From the human T2T-CHM13v2.0 reference genome, Homo sapiens, in NCBI RefSeq assembly GCF_009914755.1, contig NC_060934.1: a DNA stretch of 64,000 nucleotides; one strand, 5' to 3'. How positions within the stretch are numbered: the stretch's first letter is position 1; the number at the start of each line of letters is the position of its first letter. Positions 27,864 to 41,478 of this stretch are shown here, one piece after another. The notes beneath the pieces were generated by a model. The model was not told the origin of the DNA. It ran no database searches and saw only the letters and a program-made list of their open reading frames with translations. Position numbers and translations under genes: made by a program.

Positions 27864-29025
27864 TCTACTTTTCTTCATATTTAAAGGCTTGAACTGTGTG
27901 GCCATCAGGATAGACATAGGAAGTCACAAGGAAATTGATTGTATCTATATCCAGCCAGGGCTGCCTATCCCTTGCTAGACCATGGGAAACCATCACAGAA
28001 AGTGTCCAAGCAGAAGCTGGGCCTTGTGTGTGGAGGTGAATGGTGGTGGGATAGGGGTTAAGCCCTGGATCAGATATTGGTCTACACGACCTCTGGGGTT
28101 CCTTTTAAACCCAAGACTCCATGATTTTATAATTTGTCCATCAAACTTATTTAGTTCTTTAACAGGTTGAGTCTGCTTTGGTTTCTTTTCTTTATTTAGA
28201 ACTTGGAAGGAAGAATGTGTTTGTTCTCATATAACTAGGAAGCTTCCTTGACTTATTGATTAGGTAGATATTAAAGCCCAGAACAGGGTCCCTCTTTTAG
28301 TGCCAGACTGTACTGGCATCCCCTGACCAACTGTCTAAACTTGCTGACTGATTGGCAGGGTGATGCCAATAACTACTCTGTGAATTAGTGAGTGGTCCAA
28401 CAGGCCTGTAACCAGACTTGGGCAGGTTGGTCAGCATTTCTCAGTGTGATAAGATTCCCTTAGGAGGAACTGCACTATCTGACTTATTGCTATCTTGATC
28501 AGTGGCCGAAAAAATAAAATAAAATAGTAAGCATCATTTAAGGTTATGGTTTGGTTTTAGGCTGTTGCCCTGTTGAGAATCATCAATGATGTCTGTAGCT
28601 CTGTGGTTTTCACTGAGGGATATTCAGGAAATCTTTATAATTAATGCTATAGAAAGAGATTTTAAAACTATCTTCCAACGTATTTGTTCTAATAAAGAAA
28701 TGTGTATTGAATATTTCACTTGGCTCACCACTGCCAGAAACACTACAAATCTCAAAACTAACCCTTCTTTCCTGCCAAAGTTGATCCTAGTTGGAATGAG
28801 GTTGCAGGCTAAACTTGGAGAGGACTGAGAGTCAGCAATGTGCCAGCAATAATTTATTACCCCCACCCCTTCAACAATCCTCAAATATCAATTTAAACAG
28901 CTTTTGATGGAGGAAGTAGTCTCTTCCCCACTTACCCCACACTCCCAGCCACAGATTAGATTCATTAGTGCTGCTGTGGAATTCCACAGAACTTTGTGCT
29001 TCCCCTATCACTGAATTGTAATTAC

Positions 29026-29324
29026 TTTTCTTTTCTTTCTTTTTTTTTTTTTGAGACAGGGTCTCACTCTGTTGCCCTGGCTGGATTGCAGTAGCATGAT
29101 CACATCTCACTGCAGCCTTGACCTCAGTGATCCTCCCACCTCAGCCTCCTGAGTAGCTGGGACTACAGGTGCATGCCACCACACCTGGATAATTTGCATT
29201 TTTTGTAGAGACAGGGTTTTGCCATGTTGCCCAGGCTGATCTCAAACTCCTGGGCTCAAGCAATCTGCCTTCCTCAGCCTCCCAAAATGCTAGGATTGCA
29301 GGTGTGAGCCACTGCACCTGGGCC
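29026..29324 (-). mobile_element. Alu (AluJ-like)
   Basis: Antisense Alu. TSD taattactttt. Confidence 0.94.
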
Positions 29325-29345
29325 TATAATTACTTTTAACATAAT

Positions 29346-29707
29346 TGATATGGTTTTTCTGTGTACCCCCCCATATCTCATCTTGCATTGTAGCTCCCAT
29401 AATTCCCACATGCTGTGGGAGGGACCTTGTAGGAGATAATTGAATCATGAGTGCAGTTTCCCCCGTACCGTTCTGGTGGCAGTGAATAAGTCTCACAAAA
29501 TCTGATGATTTTATCCAGGGTTTCCCCTTTCTCTTGGCTCGCATTCTACCTTGCCTGCCGCCATGTAAGACATGCCTTTTGCCTTCCACTATGATTGTGA
29601 GGTCCCCCCAGCCATGTGGAACTGTGAGTCCATTAAACCTCTTTTTCTTTATAAATTACCCAGTCTCAGGTATATCTTTATCAGCAGTGTGAAAACAGAC
29701 TAATACA
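29346..29707 (+). mobile_element. Solo MaLR LTR, THE1 family (THE1C-like)
   Basis: TGATATGG...CTAATACA termini, about 360 bp, 5-bp TSD ATAAT (29341-29345 and 29708-29712). Confidence 0.92.
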
Positions 29708-30038
29708 ATAATCTATTTTCCCTTCTGGACTATAAATTCCTCAAATGTATAGTCTATCTTTAACTTTTAGCACTGTATTCCTGCCTCAGATCTGTGTGTG
29801 CCTGGCACATGGAAGATGTTTAATAAGTGACCAATAAATAGGTGGGTGGATGGATGGATAAAAAAACTACATCTCCACTGTAGTCAAAATGCCTAATAGA
29901 TTTAGTCATTCTTGAAATTAGAAAAGATACCTTTTGTTTTCAAATGAGGATAGCGTATTTCCCTTTCCATAAGCCTAAATGTAAATATGAACATTAAATT
30001 AGTCAAGAGTCAGTTAAAGTATCTGAGAAATACCTTAC

Positions 30039-30088
30039 CTGAAGCGTAGTCCCTTCGAGGAACACTTGGAGGTGCTTTGACTTTTAGC
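30039..30088 (-). CDS. BLNK: BLNK coding exon 3 (50 nt, LKVKAPPSVPRRDYAS)
   Basis: atttccag|G CTA AAA...GCT TCA G|gtaagg. Frame is consistent with flanking exons. Confidence 0.98.
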
Positions 30089-30538
30089 CTGGAAATAACA
30101 ACCATGAGACAAAAGGTCAGTGAGCAGAACAATGATGGTCAAAGCCGATGCTAGAAGCTGATATAGACAGAATAGATAGACAACTAATAGCATAATGGCT
30201 TCTCTTGGACCAATCAATGGACAGATTTGATGTATTGTAAATGTAGTGAAGCCATTAGTCAGGGGTTTTCCACCTCTCCCCATCTCCCCAGTGCATGCAC
30301 AATGTGGCTATGACTTGGCAAAGGTGAAGTCAGGTGGAGAAGGGCTCAGAGAGGTCAGAATATGATAGTAATAAGCACTGAGTTCAGAGGTTCAAGGAAG
30401 ATAAATGTTGATTGGTTGGTAAGGTAAGTGTTGATAAGAAGGTAAGATAAGATGGACTATATTTTAATGACTTACAAATGTTTAACAGGAAAAAATCAGC
30501 TACAATAAGCGTTTTGGTTGTAGGTTGGGCTAAAATTA

Positions 30539-30866
<328 letters not shown>

Positions 30867-32133
30867 CCGAACAAGTGAACAGTGAGTGTCTCAGGATTGG
30901 AGATTATGAGACTTAGCATATTTAGTATTCAACTTGTTTTAAGCACTCTCAAAACTTTACTAAAGTAAAGGTGCTTTAGTACCTTTATGCACATATGAAA
31001 TGTGCTAGTCACAATCCTTCTTCATTCAATAAAAGAAGAAAATTGAAATTACATTTTAGAAAACTATTCCAAGTTTTGTAAGTTCTGATACCTCCCTTTC
31101 CACTACTTGAAATGAGTAAGGTTTATAGTCAATTATTTTTAATAATTATTACCCATTTTAACTAAGAATTATTTGCTTAATGAAATTTAAAATATACATA
31201 AATAAAACTTATATCCAGTAGCCTTTATTTACTAAAATATCATATCCTTCTATAGAAGCAGTATAACTGCTATTATATACAAACTTTCATGTTTTGAAAA
31301 AAAAAGCATAGAAATTTGTGTTTGATTAAAAAATGCACACAAAAACAATTTACAAACCAAAATTGTAATTTGCAAAAATAACAATATGTATATTTACATA
31401 GAAATTCTGGTTTTCTTTTTCTCATAGGCTCTCAATATCTATTATTTCATTCAATTCTCCTCACAAGCCAGCAGGGTGGGCTGGGAAGATACTATCATTA
31501 GTCCCATGATGAGGTATAGAGACAGAGATCATCCAAGGTGTTGCAAGGAAGAAAAACAAAAACAAAACTGGGTCTGGTGCCCAGGTTGGTTCAAGGAATA
31601 GTAAAATTTCCAAAAGCACAAACCACCTGTTATCCATTATTACTATCATTTCATAAAAGAAAAGGAAGGGTATTTTACTACCCCCAAATAATCTCAGAAT
31701 AAAGGAAAAACTCACTAAAGGACTGTTGGCCACTCAACACTAGGAATAAAAGGCGTAGTTGAACTTTGCTCTGTAGCTGGCTGCTGTGCACAACCCCCAA
31801 CACTTCATGGTCCTTATTTTCTCATGCGGCCATAGACCAGTGAAAACTCTGTCACAGTCTTGTGTTAGGGAACCAGCGTGTTCAAGCGTGCTTCCTCCGT
31901 TCAGGGTAGCACCTGTGGCCTGGCTTCAAGTAAAAGTGTAACTGCAAGTCACTTTGAGCTAAAGGGCCCCTGACGTCACCCGGGGTAATGACTATGGTGG
32001 CCATAATTTCCAGGCTGAGAAGAAACATGGTTTGTCATGTAAAAGTGCTTTGGTCATCCAATGGGCAGAATGTATGAAATAGAGGCTGTTATAAAAAACT
32101 TGAGCTCCACAGCTGCTGTAAATATGACTGGCT

Positions 32134-32280
32134 ATGGAATAGAGAGACATTTTATGCAGAGGCTTCATGTTATTGAGAACTGGTGTATTGTAAAACTGGC
32201 AACTGGGGGCCATGGAATAGAGAAACATTTTATGCAGAGGCTTCATGTTATTGAGAACTGGTGAACTGTAAAACTGGCAA
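32134..32280. repeat. Direct repeat, 69-bp unit, 78-bp period
   Basis: atggaatagaga(g/a)acattttatgcagagg...aaaactggcaa at 32134-32202 and 32212-32280. Confidence 0.92.
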
Positions 32281-32599
32281 TTAGAATTGCTAGTGATTGT
32301 AACAAGGACTGTCTCATAAAGAATGAGATTCTATCTGTAGCAGAAATAATAAGCAAAAATCATCACACACCTCTCCCACTCATCAGACAGAACATGAAGC
32401 CAAATTCTCCTCCTCTGTAAGATGACCACCACCTCACAAGCAGAAGGCCATTTATGTTTGATGATGATCACTTATGCATAGAGACTCATTTACATTTCAT
32501 AGTCTGGAAATACCACCAAAAGTGATTTCTTATTTTTAATTTTAGCATAGATTAAAACGAATAAGGATGCTCTTTTGAATGCATAGAGAAATGAACTTC

Positions 32600-33300
32600 T
32601 ATAAACTATTTTTTGGTCCAAAATTTGGGGAGAAAAATTTGGTAATAGCAATTAAAACTTTAAGGGCACAACTTCTTCCATTTGGAAATTTCATTTTAGG
32701 AATTTAGCCTACTGGTATATTCAAGGTCTGCAATGAACATTTATTAAAGTATTATTCATGACATTTAAATTGGAAGAAACAACCAGAGAATTTTGATTGC
32801 TATTATCAAATTGCTATCCAAAAATGTTGTACCGGTTTAAATTCAAATCCCCCCTTAAAGATGGCCACCAATATATAGCTAGTTAATTGAATTATAATAT
32901 ATTTAAGGTAGACTATTAAATCATCTGTTCAGAAAAGAATATGGTTAATTTTTACTTACTAACAAATAAAGATGTCCATGAAATAGCTTAAGTAAAACCA
33001 ACAAAGCAAGTTGGTAGAATGGCGCATGCACTATGATACCATTTATGACGAAAATGTATGTGTATAGTATGTACAATGTCAGTGTATGTATGTATGTGTT
33101 TAAGCACACACATACATACATATATACATACTTATACACACATACATACATATATATACACACATTGAACTTACCATGACAATGTCCCTTTCTGGGGAGT
33201 GGGTTAAGATGGAGATATAAGGAAATGGGAGATTTTGACATCATACAATTCTGGCCTCTTTGATTTTTTTTCCCTGGTGAATCTGTATTAGTTTTATTTA
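32600..33300 (+). mobile_element. Degraded old L1 fragments with (TA/CA)-rich simple repeat
   Basis: L1ME-like 3' sequence. Low-complexity tatg/cata run near 33055-33165. Confidence 0.5.
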
Positions 33301-33573
33301 AAAAATTTAAAGACTTAACAGAATACCATTTCCCATTTTCTCTTGAAAGAGACTTACCTACTAAGGTATATAAGACCTACTAAGGTACGTCTACCTTAGA
33401 TTTTGAGTGGCAAATGCAGATATGTACAATTTTTATTCTCTTTAAAAAAAAAAGCTTAAGAGTTTTTGATGTACAAGGAGTTTTGAGATGCTAGCTTTCC
33501 CTCTCCAAGTGCCAATTGAAAAGTTCATTTTCAGGTAATAATTCGAAAAGCAGAAATCAAAATATGGAAAACT

Positions 33574-33898
<325 letters not shown>

Positions 33899-34286
33899 GG
33901 AAAACTCACATGGCATCTTGAAGAAGCTAGGGCTGTGTTTTGTAACTTTTCATTTGGATTTCTCCATACATGTTTTCATAGCCCTTAGCTAAATGGTTAT
34001 AGAAATGATTTTCCTGCTTTGACATTTGTTAGGCACCTTGAATGGGCATAGCTCACCTTCCCTGCAGTGAGAAGGAAAATCAAAGTCCACTGAGTACAAC
34101 TGCACTCACTTGTCCTGTTCCAGAATGTAGACCTGGCCACCATGGATTCCAGCCAATAGTAAAGAAGGGTTACGTGCTAAAGAGGTAGAAACTTCTCATC
34201 CAGGTAACAGAGAAATTTGTTTTCTTCCATGTAGCACATGTTGACTTATTTTATATAATTAAGTATTTAAATAGAGGCGAACTTAC

Positions 34287-34352
34287 TTTTTGATTTTATT
34301 CATTATTCCACCTTCATTGTTTTTAATATCATGGACCATCTTTTGAAGCTGC
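34287..34352 (-). CDS. BLNK: BLNK coding exon 2 (66 nt, QLQKMVHDIKNNEGGIMNKIKK)
   Basis: ttttacag|G CAG CTT...ATC AAA AA|gtaagt. Phase 2-2, continuous with exons 1 and 3. Confidence 0.98.
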
Positions 34353-34847
34353 CTGTAAAAAACAAAATTAAACATAAGATATTAATAACCAGTCTGACTT
34401 TTTTAAAAAAGTCTCCTACTCTTCTCGAATACAAAAAAGGGGAAAAAACTCTACCAAAACAACCTCCAAATAGGATGAATTATATTGTATTTAATTAAAT
34501 TGACCATCTGCTACTTTAGCGAAGGAGAAGCATGACTGATTCTATAAGGAATATGGTCACTGGGCTGTGTCCCCTTCCGTTGGGATGTCTGGACCAGTCT
34601 CAGGCTGTGAAGAAAGATATTCTGATTCCTTGCTCATTGTCTTAGAGCATCTACGTTACGAAGATAGATGCTACTCTGTGGACATAGCAGAGGCTTCAAT
34701 CAGGCCCAAGGTTCTTTTTTATTAAATGGTAGTAGGTAGCATCTATTAAAACTTCCATTTAAAAGTTACTCCTACCTAGGAGTCATAAAGAAAATGACTA
34801 TTAAATCTGGCTGATATTTGAAACTTCTGTAGAACAAAAAGTAATAT

Positions 34848-35381
34848 TGAGGCAGGAGAATAGGGTCTGGAGGCAGGGAACCTAAGGCCAATTTGCACTG
34901 ACTTCCTAGAACTGAATCAAATGGAAAACCCCACCTCTCCATGCACAAGTAACAAAAGGATCAGAGGCTACTACCTTTGCACTGCGTTATAGATGAGAAA
35001 TGGAAAGTGCCTCTGATTGATCCCCTCCTGTAACCAATCAGACTGGTCCCAGGCCAAGTCTTCCTGTGTAACTTTGTACCTTAACTTCAGCGTCTGATTG
35101 ATCACCTTCTGCAACCAATCAGACTGGTCGTGGGCCACTCCTTCATTTACATAGGATGTAACCAAGTAACCAATGGGAAACCCCTAGAAGGAAAATTCTG
35201 TAACCAGTGCTCTTGAGCCACTTGGTCAAGCCCATTCCTACTCTGTGGAGTGTACTTTCATTTCAGTAAATCTGTGCTTTCATTGTTTCATTCTTCTGTT
35301 ACTTTGTGCATTTTGTCCAATTCTGTGTTCAAAAGGCCAAGAACCTGGAAGACTCATAGTCAAGACCCTCCACTGGTAACA
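34848..35381 (+). mobile_element. Solo ERV1 LTR, MER51-like
   Basis: TGAGGCAGGAGAATAGGG...GGTAACA with 4-bp TSD ATAT (34844-34847 and 35382-35385). Multiple CCAAT boxes. Confidence 0.88.
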
Positions 35382-35419
35382 ATATGTATCAAGACCCTCC
35401 ACTGGTAAGAATATGTACA

Positions 35420-36260
35420 AAATCAAAAGATAAATGACATGCTGAAAGAAATATTTGCAACATATAGTAATAATAATAAAAACTACATAATAGTTTGCTG
35501 CAAAAGTAATCACGGTTTTTGCCACTGGAAGTAATGGCAAAAACTACGATTATTTTTGCACCAGCCTTTCTCGATTTACAAAGAAATCTTACAACTCAGT
35601 AAGAAAAAGAGAAATAGTTCAATAGAAAAATGAGCAAAAGATATGAACACACAGCTAACAGAAAACAAATACAAGTGGTCAATAGACCAATGAAAAGATA
35701 TTGAACATCACTTATATTTAAACAAATCTAAATCTAAACAACAGTGAGATGTCTTTTCGCCTATCAGACTGGCAAAACATAACAAGTGTGATAATATCCA
35801 GTGTTGAGAAAGTAAATTGTTACAATCAAATCTGTCAAGATTTAAAACGTCCATGACTTTTGACCCAGCAATTGGACTGCTAAGAATTTGTCTTATGAAA
35901 ATGGTCACAAAATGATATCAGTATATACATATAAGCATGTTTATTGCAGCGTGATGTGTAAGAACTCTCTAATCTTCTCCCTGCTTCTTCTGCCCTCCCC
36001 ACAACCATAACTCTGAAAACAACCCAATGCTCATTAATCATTAAAAGGGAACTAGTTAAATAAATTATGATAGATCCATGCAATGGAATGCCACAGACCC
36101 CTAAAAAAAAGAGGAATATACATCTATATTGTTGCCTGAAACTTCTACTTTCTAAAAAGGGGATTATTACTTTATGATGTTTTAAAATATTTGAATTTTT
36201 ATAGCATGTGTAGATATCATTTGTATTATCTGTGTTATACACAAATATGGAGAAAAATAT
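35420..36260 (+). mobile_element. Old L1 (L1ME-like) fragment
   Basis: Degenerate L1 ORF2 3' sequence (aatagaaaaatgagcaaaagatatgaacacaca...). Confidence 0.7.
35490..35568. mobile_element. MADE1 (Hsmar1-derived MITE)
   Basis: About 80-bp inverted repeat: tgcaaaagtaatcacggtttttgcca ... tggcaaaaactacgattatttttgca. Confidence 0.88.
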
Positions 36261-37683
36261 TATAATGGGAGGATAGGGCCATGTTATGTTTTCCTCATAA
36301 TAATTTTCTGACTTAAAAAATGTATAATAAAATTTCACGTGGTTCTTCCCTGAAAGAGTAGGACGTTTTAATTCACCTTTCAGGTAAATGCTTCCTTTGT
36401 TCTGAGAAAACTATTTGACTGGACCCTTTAGATAATGAACTGTACACAGCTATTGTTCTTGTAGGAAATGGTGATTTCCCCACAATCCTGAAAGCAGATT
36501 TCTCTGACTCTGGGAGCTAGGCCTTGGGTTAGGTAATAGAAATAGTTTAGCATAGGTCTAGGAAACTGTTGGTTGAGGACATCTGGGAGAAATACTCCTT
36601 GGCCCTTTGTGAATTTAGAATGCCCGTGCGGTGGAAGGGTTACTTTTTGGTGCAGCAGTGGAGCAGTTTAGAGGGTAAGAGGACAGCTTCTCAGAAGAAC
36701 TCTGCCTGGGCAGGCCTGTGGGTGTCCTCTACCAAGTGTTAATTTAAAGCTAAACAATGCAGCCATGCTGGTGCTCTGCTGGGTCTGCTCTATTGAGGGC
36801 AGGCCCTCTAGCCCTTAGGGAGTGGAGTGAAATTTACAGGATAGGGAATTGGGAAAAGGGAGATTGCTCAAACGTAAATTGGGAACTTAGGCTGCAGATT
36901 TTGGGGAGATCTCTCTCCTTCTAGGGCTAATGGCTGTTAGGCGCTAGAGTGCTGAAGAGCGCAGACAAACCTGAGGGATTTTCAGTGGTGGGGGTTTGGG
37001 CGATGGCAGGGCGTGGTAGCCCTGAATCTGAGGCTGGGTCTGGGCCTCTGCTCTGAGAAAAGCCATAGCCAGAGCCATCGCTAGCTATTTTCAACCACAT
37101 AATCCCTCTCTGCTGTCCCTGAATCTTCAGTAAGATCTTGTAGTAGCTGCAGCCCGGCCTCAGCTGGGCCTTGGGGAAGAGAGTGTTCCACTGGCATGGA
37201 AGGGTGGAGGGAGGACAGGCTGGAGTGTGAAGTAGAAGGATAGGAGAAACTTCTTTTGGGACAGCCGTATGGCTGCATTTTGGAGAATTATCTACGTAAG
37301 TGAGGTACCCACTGAGGGACCCACGTTCAAATGTATGTGTCAGGGGTCTGGTGCCAAGTCATTGTAATTTGGGTAACAAAGGAAATGAGACCATATTTTA
37401 TACTCCCTAGCTAGGGAGGCCGGGCACACTGATGATACAAGTGTAAGAGCTCAGGAAAGAGCCAGGCACATATTATGGGCTCAGTAGCAAAGAGAAAAGG
37501 ATGGTTGAGAGACACACAGAGGGTCCCTCAGATGGGCCCTTGAGTTGCCTCAGAACTCTACAGTTTTCTAGAATTTGTTCACATATACTCTATGCCAAAC
37601 CCTTTTCTCCTTTTCCTGAGGAACTATAGAGAATCTTCGAGATAGAGGAAAGAAGAAAATGAAAATAAGGGGTCTGGCAGTGG

Positions 37684-37762
37684 GGAGAGAGATTGAGAGA
37701 CAGACAGAGAGAGAGGGGGAGAGAGAGAGAGAGAGAGAGGAAGAGAGAAAGAGAGAGAGAGA
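37684..37762. repeat. (GA)n purine-rich microsatellite
   Basis: Direct observation. Confidence 0.88.
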
Positions 37763-38179
37763 GGTTGAAGTGGATTGATTGCAAGGAAATTCAATAATTT
37801 CATATGGAGGGCAGAGGGCAGCTCGTTGTAAGCTGACTGTAACTGAATGGAGTATCTTTAGGCTAAGTTAATGCTTAACCAGGTTGAGGAGCAAAATGAG
37901 GCAGCAGTGAAGAATCCTATCAGAAATGTGTCAAAAATGGGACACAGGCAGAGTAATAGGGAACCAGGGGCCAATTTGCATAAGTGATTTTGCTGTGGAT
38001 GTAAATAAACAGATGCAAAATGTTGCAAAAGAATTGGATGCAATTTTGTCATTTGCTCAATTTGGCATTTGGTGCTTCTTGGCATTTCCTAATTACTTTT
38101 TATTGTGTATTATTATAACAATAACAATTATACTATGTAACTATATAATTACAGTAAGTTACTGAAGTGTTGCATAAAC

Positions 38180-38400
38180 TATACTTTTTAAAGTTGATGC
38201 ATAATAGCAGTAGATATTTATGGATGCATGTGATATTTTGATACATGCAAACAATGTGTAATGATCAAATAAGGGTAATTGGGAAACCCATCACCTCACC
38301 TCAAACATTTATCATTTCTTTGTGCTGAACACATTCCAAATCTTTTCGTCTAGCTATTTTGAAATATACAATAAATTATAGTTAACTATAGTCACCCTAG
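38180..38400 (-). mobile_element. L1MA-like 3' end fragment
   Basis: L1 3' UTR motif tgtgtaatgatcaaataagggtaattggg...ccatcacctc. Confidence 0.75.
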
Positions 38401-39335
38401 ATAAATTACACTTTTTATATTTTAAAGTTTTCTTCTCTCTCTGTATCTCGTTCACACAAATTCTGATGTCTATAGACTGCTTTGTTACAACTGCCAAACT
38501 TCTGTGATCTGGGAAGACATAGTGACCCAAAACCAAGATTTGCTGTGATGCTGTTAGCTCATTATGTCAACTGTCCACGCATCTGGTGATGCACAGCTCT
38601 GCTGCTCTCTAGTATTGGCCATTTCATTTTGGAGTGCTTTTTGCTCCTTATTACAACTTATAGCACATGCCATAGCAAAAGAATGCACAACTGGTCTGTT
38701 CCAGGAGGGGTTGTTCTGGATTCAAACAGCAATCCTTTTACTGAGATGAGTTGTGTGTAGGTAAAGATAGGTAAGGCATAAAACAGCTTCACTTTGATTA
38801 TCTCATTCAGAGATATCCTTCCATGGTGGGGAGATGGATAATAAGGTCACAATGTCCTAATCTTCTAAAGTCATAGAGAGAGAGCCATGCTCATGTAACA
38901 AAATAAAATGAAGAACAAAGCTTATCTAATACATGTTTTAAAATATATAAGTATTGTAATTTTAAGCAGTATGGCATTTTGGTATTTAAAAATGGTGAGC
39001 AGGTCATATAAATAATTATAATACTTGTGTAAACCAAATCAAATTTTATATTCTCTCTTTTGTTTTTAATTTTCAAGCTTTTGAATTAAGACACGTAACT
39101 TAGTCACACTGTAGTAGTGTGACCCTGGGTAAGTCTGAATCTCGAGAGATTTAAATTCCAGGAAGCACTGAGAGTAGAAAAGTCACCATTTGAAAGTTAC
39201 AGCAGTTTCTTCCCTTTAAAGTGCCTTACTTTAGAATCCGATAGATCTCAAGAGGGCTATTGGACCACAACTGGCTGGGCCTCACCCCTGGAGATTCTCA
39301 TTGGGTTGTCTGTGGTGCGTCAGAAAATCTGCATT

Positions 39336-39648
<313 letters not shown>

Positions 39649-41032
39649 TCCTGCATTTCTAACAAATTCCCAGGTGGTGCTGATGCTACCAGTTGGGAGA
39701 CCATCCTTTGTGCATGTCTATGATAGATCATGCCTTTTTCTATTGTGGGCCTTTTAGTTGTGCCCAAGTAAAGCAAATACCTGTTTGGGGGAAAAACTAA
39801 GTTCTCATTAACTCAAGTGCAAAGTTTCAGACAAATAAATTGGGTGGTCAATTGGAAGCATAATTTGGGTGTGCGCTTTTCAGTCTGTAGCTTCTTTGCA
39901 GGACTGTTGACTTTTCTCTGTATGAATTCAGACTAACCTCTGCTTATATATTTTAATTTATTTTATAGTCATGTACTTTCTTCTTGAGCCACAGTTTGCA
40001 AAACTGTAGAATGGAGATGAAGTGACTGCAGGCAGAACATGCCCCTCTCCTTGCGTGACAATGGAAAAGGGACTGGCCCTTCTTGGAGCAGAGTGCCATG
40101 GTCGGGACCATTTTGCCATTGCTATTATAATATGGTGCTCTAAGTGACTAACAGAATGCAGTGGCGGTGGCACTAAGACTCGACCTCATCCCTGTTGGTG
40201 GGGGATAGGCTGTCTTTGCTGTCACTCATCCTGCAAAGACTCCAACCTAGAAAAAGGATGTAAGAAAATGAGGATGTGGCAGGCAGGCCTCAGGCTTGGT
40301 ACTGTGATGTTTCCTGTCTTCCCGGGGCCTCCTGGTTGTTGGTCCCTGTGCTGCAGGTTGAATAGAGGAATCTTCTAGAAGGATTCCCATTGAATAGCCT
40401 TCCAATTTTTACTACCCATGCATAAGATGTACAGATTTTACACAACTAAGATCACTCTTGACATTTTGAAATCTGTGTGTTCCACTTACTATATTGTGAA
40501 TATTTTCATAAGTGAGCACCATCCTTAGGCTTTATCTGCATCTTTCTTTCCTCTGCTATCTGAGGGGCTTTTAAATAGCTGAAACTCTGATCCAAGTAGG
40601 CGTGACAAGAAGCAGTGAATCAGGACCCCTCAGCTTGAGGGAGCAGAGAGATGACCAGACCACATGGCAATCTGAGACCAGGAGAAGCAAAGGCTGTGTG
40701 AGAATAAGTGCCGAATGCCTTGCTTCTGGGAGCCTGGGATCAAGAGGCTTGGACCTCAGGGGCAGAGAGGGAGGGGACAATCTCAGGTTCCCTCTTGTTT
40801 CTTCAAACCCAGCCTCTCTTCCAGATCACCCTCTGAAACAGTGTTTTCTAGAGTAAGGTCTAAAGATTGCCTGTATTTATTTATTAGAAATTCAGATCAC
40901 TGGACCCTAAACCATATCAATAGAATAAAAATTCCAGATAGAGCCCAGCAATCTGCTTTTTAACAAATTTTCTAGGCCTGGTGACTCTTATGCACACAGA
41001 AGGTTGACAGCCATTTTTAAAGGATTAGGCCA

Positions 41033-41478
<446 letters not shown>

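Noticed and set aside
32134-32280. Direct repeats with a short spacer resembling a CRISPR-like array (also 899, 19522, 44338, 58470)
   Set aside because: Only 2-2.5 copies each, no unique spacer series, eukaryotic intron and no cas genes. They are ordinary local duplications.
33990-34045. Faint resemblance to an extra exon I recall in avian BLNK between exons 2 and 3
   Set aside because: Needs several indels, has no usable splice sites and rests on recall that cannot be verified here.
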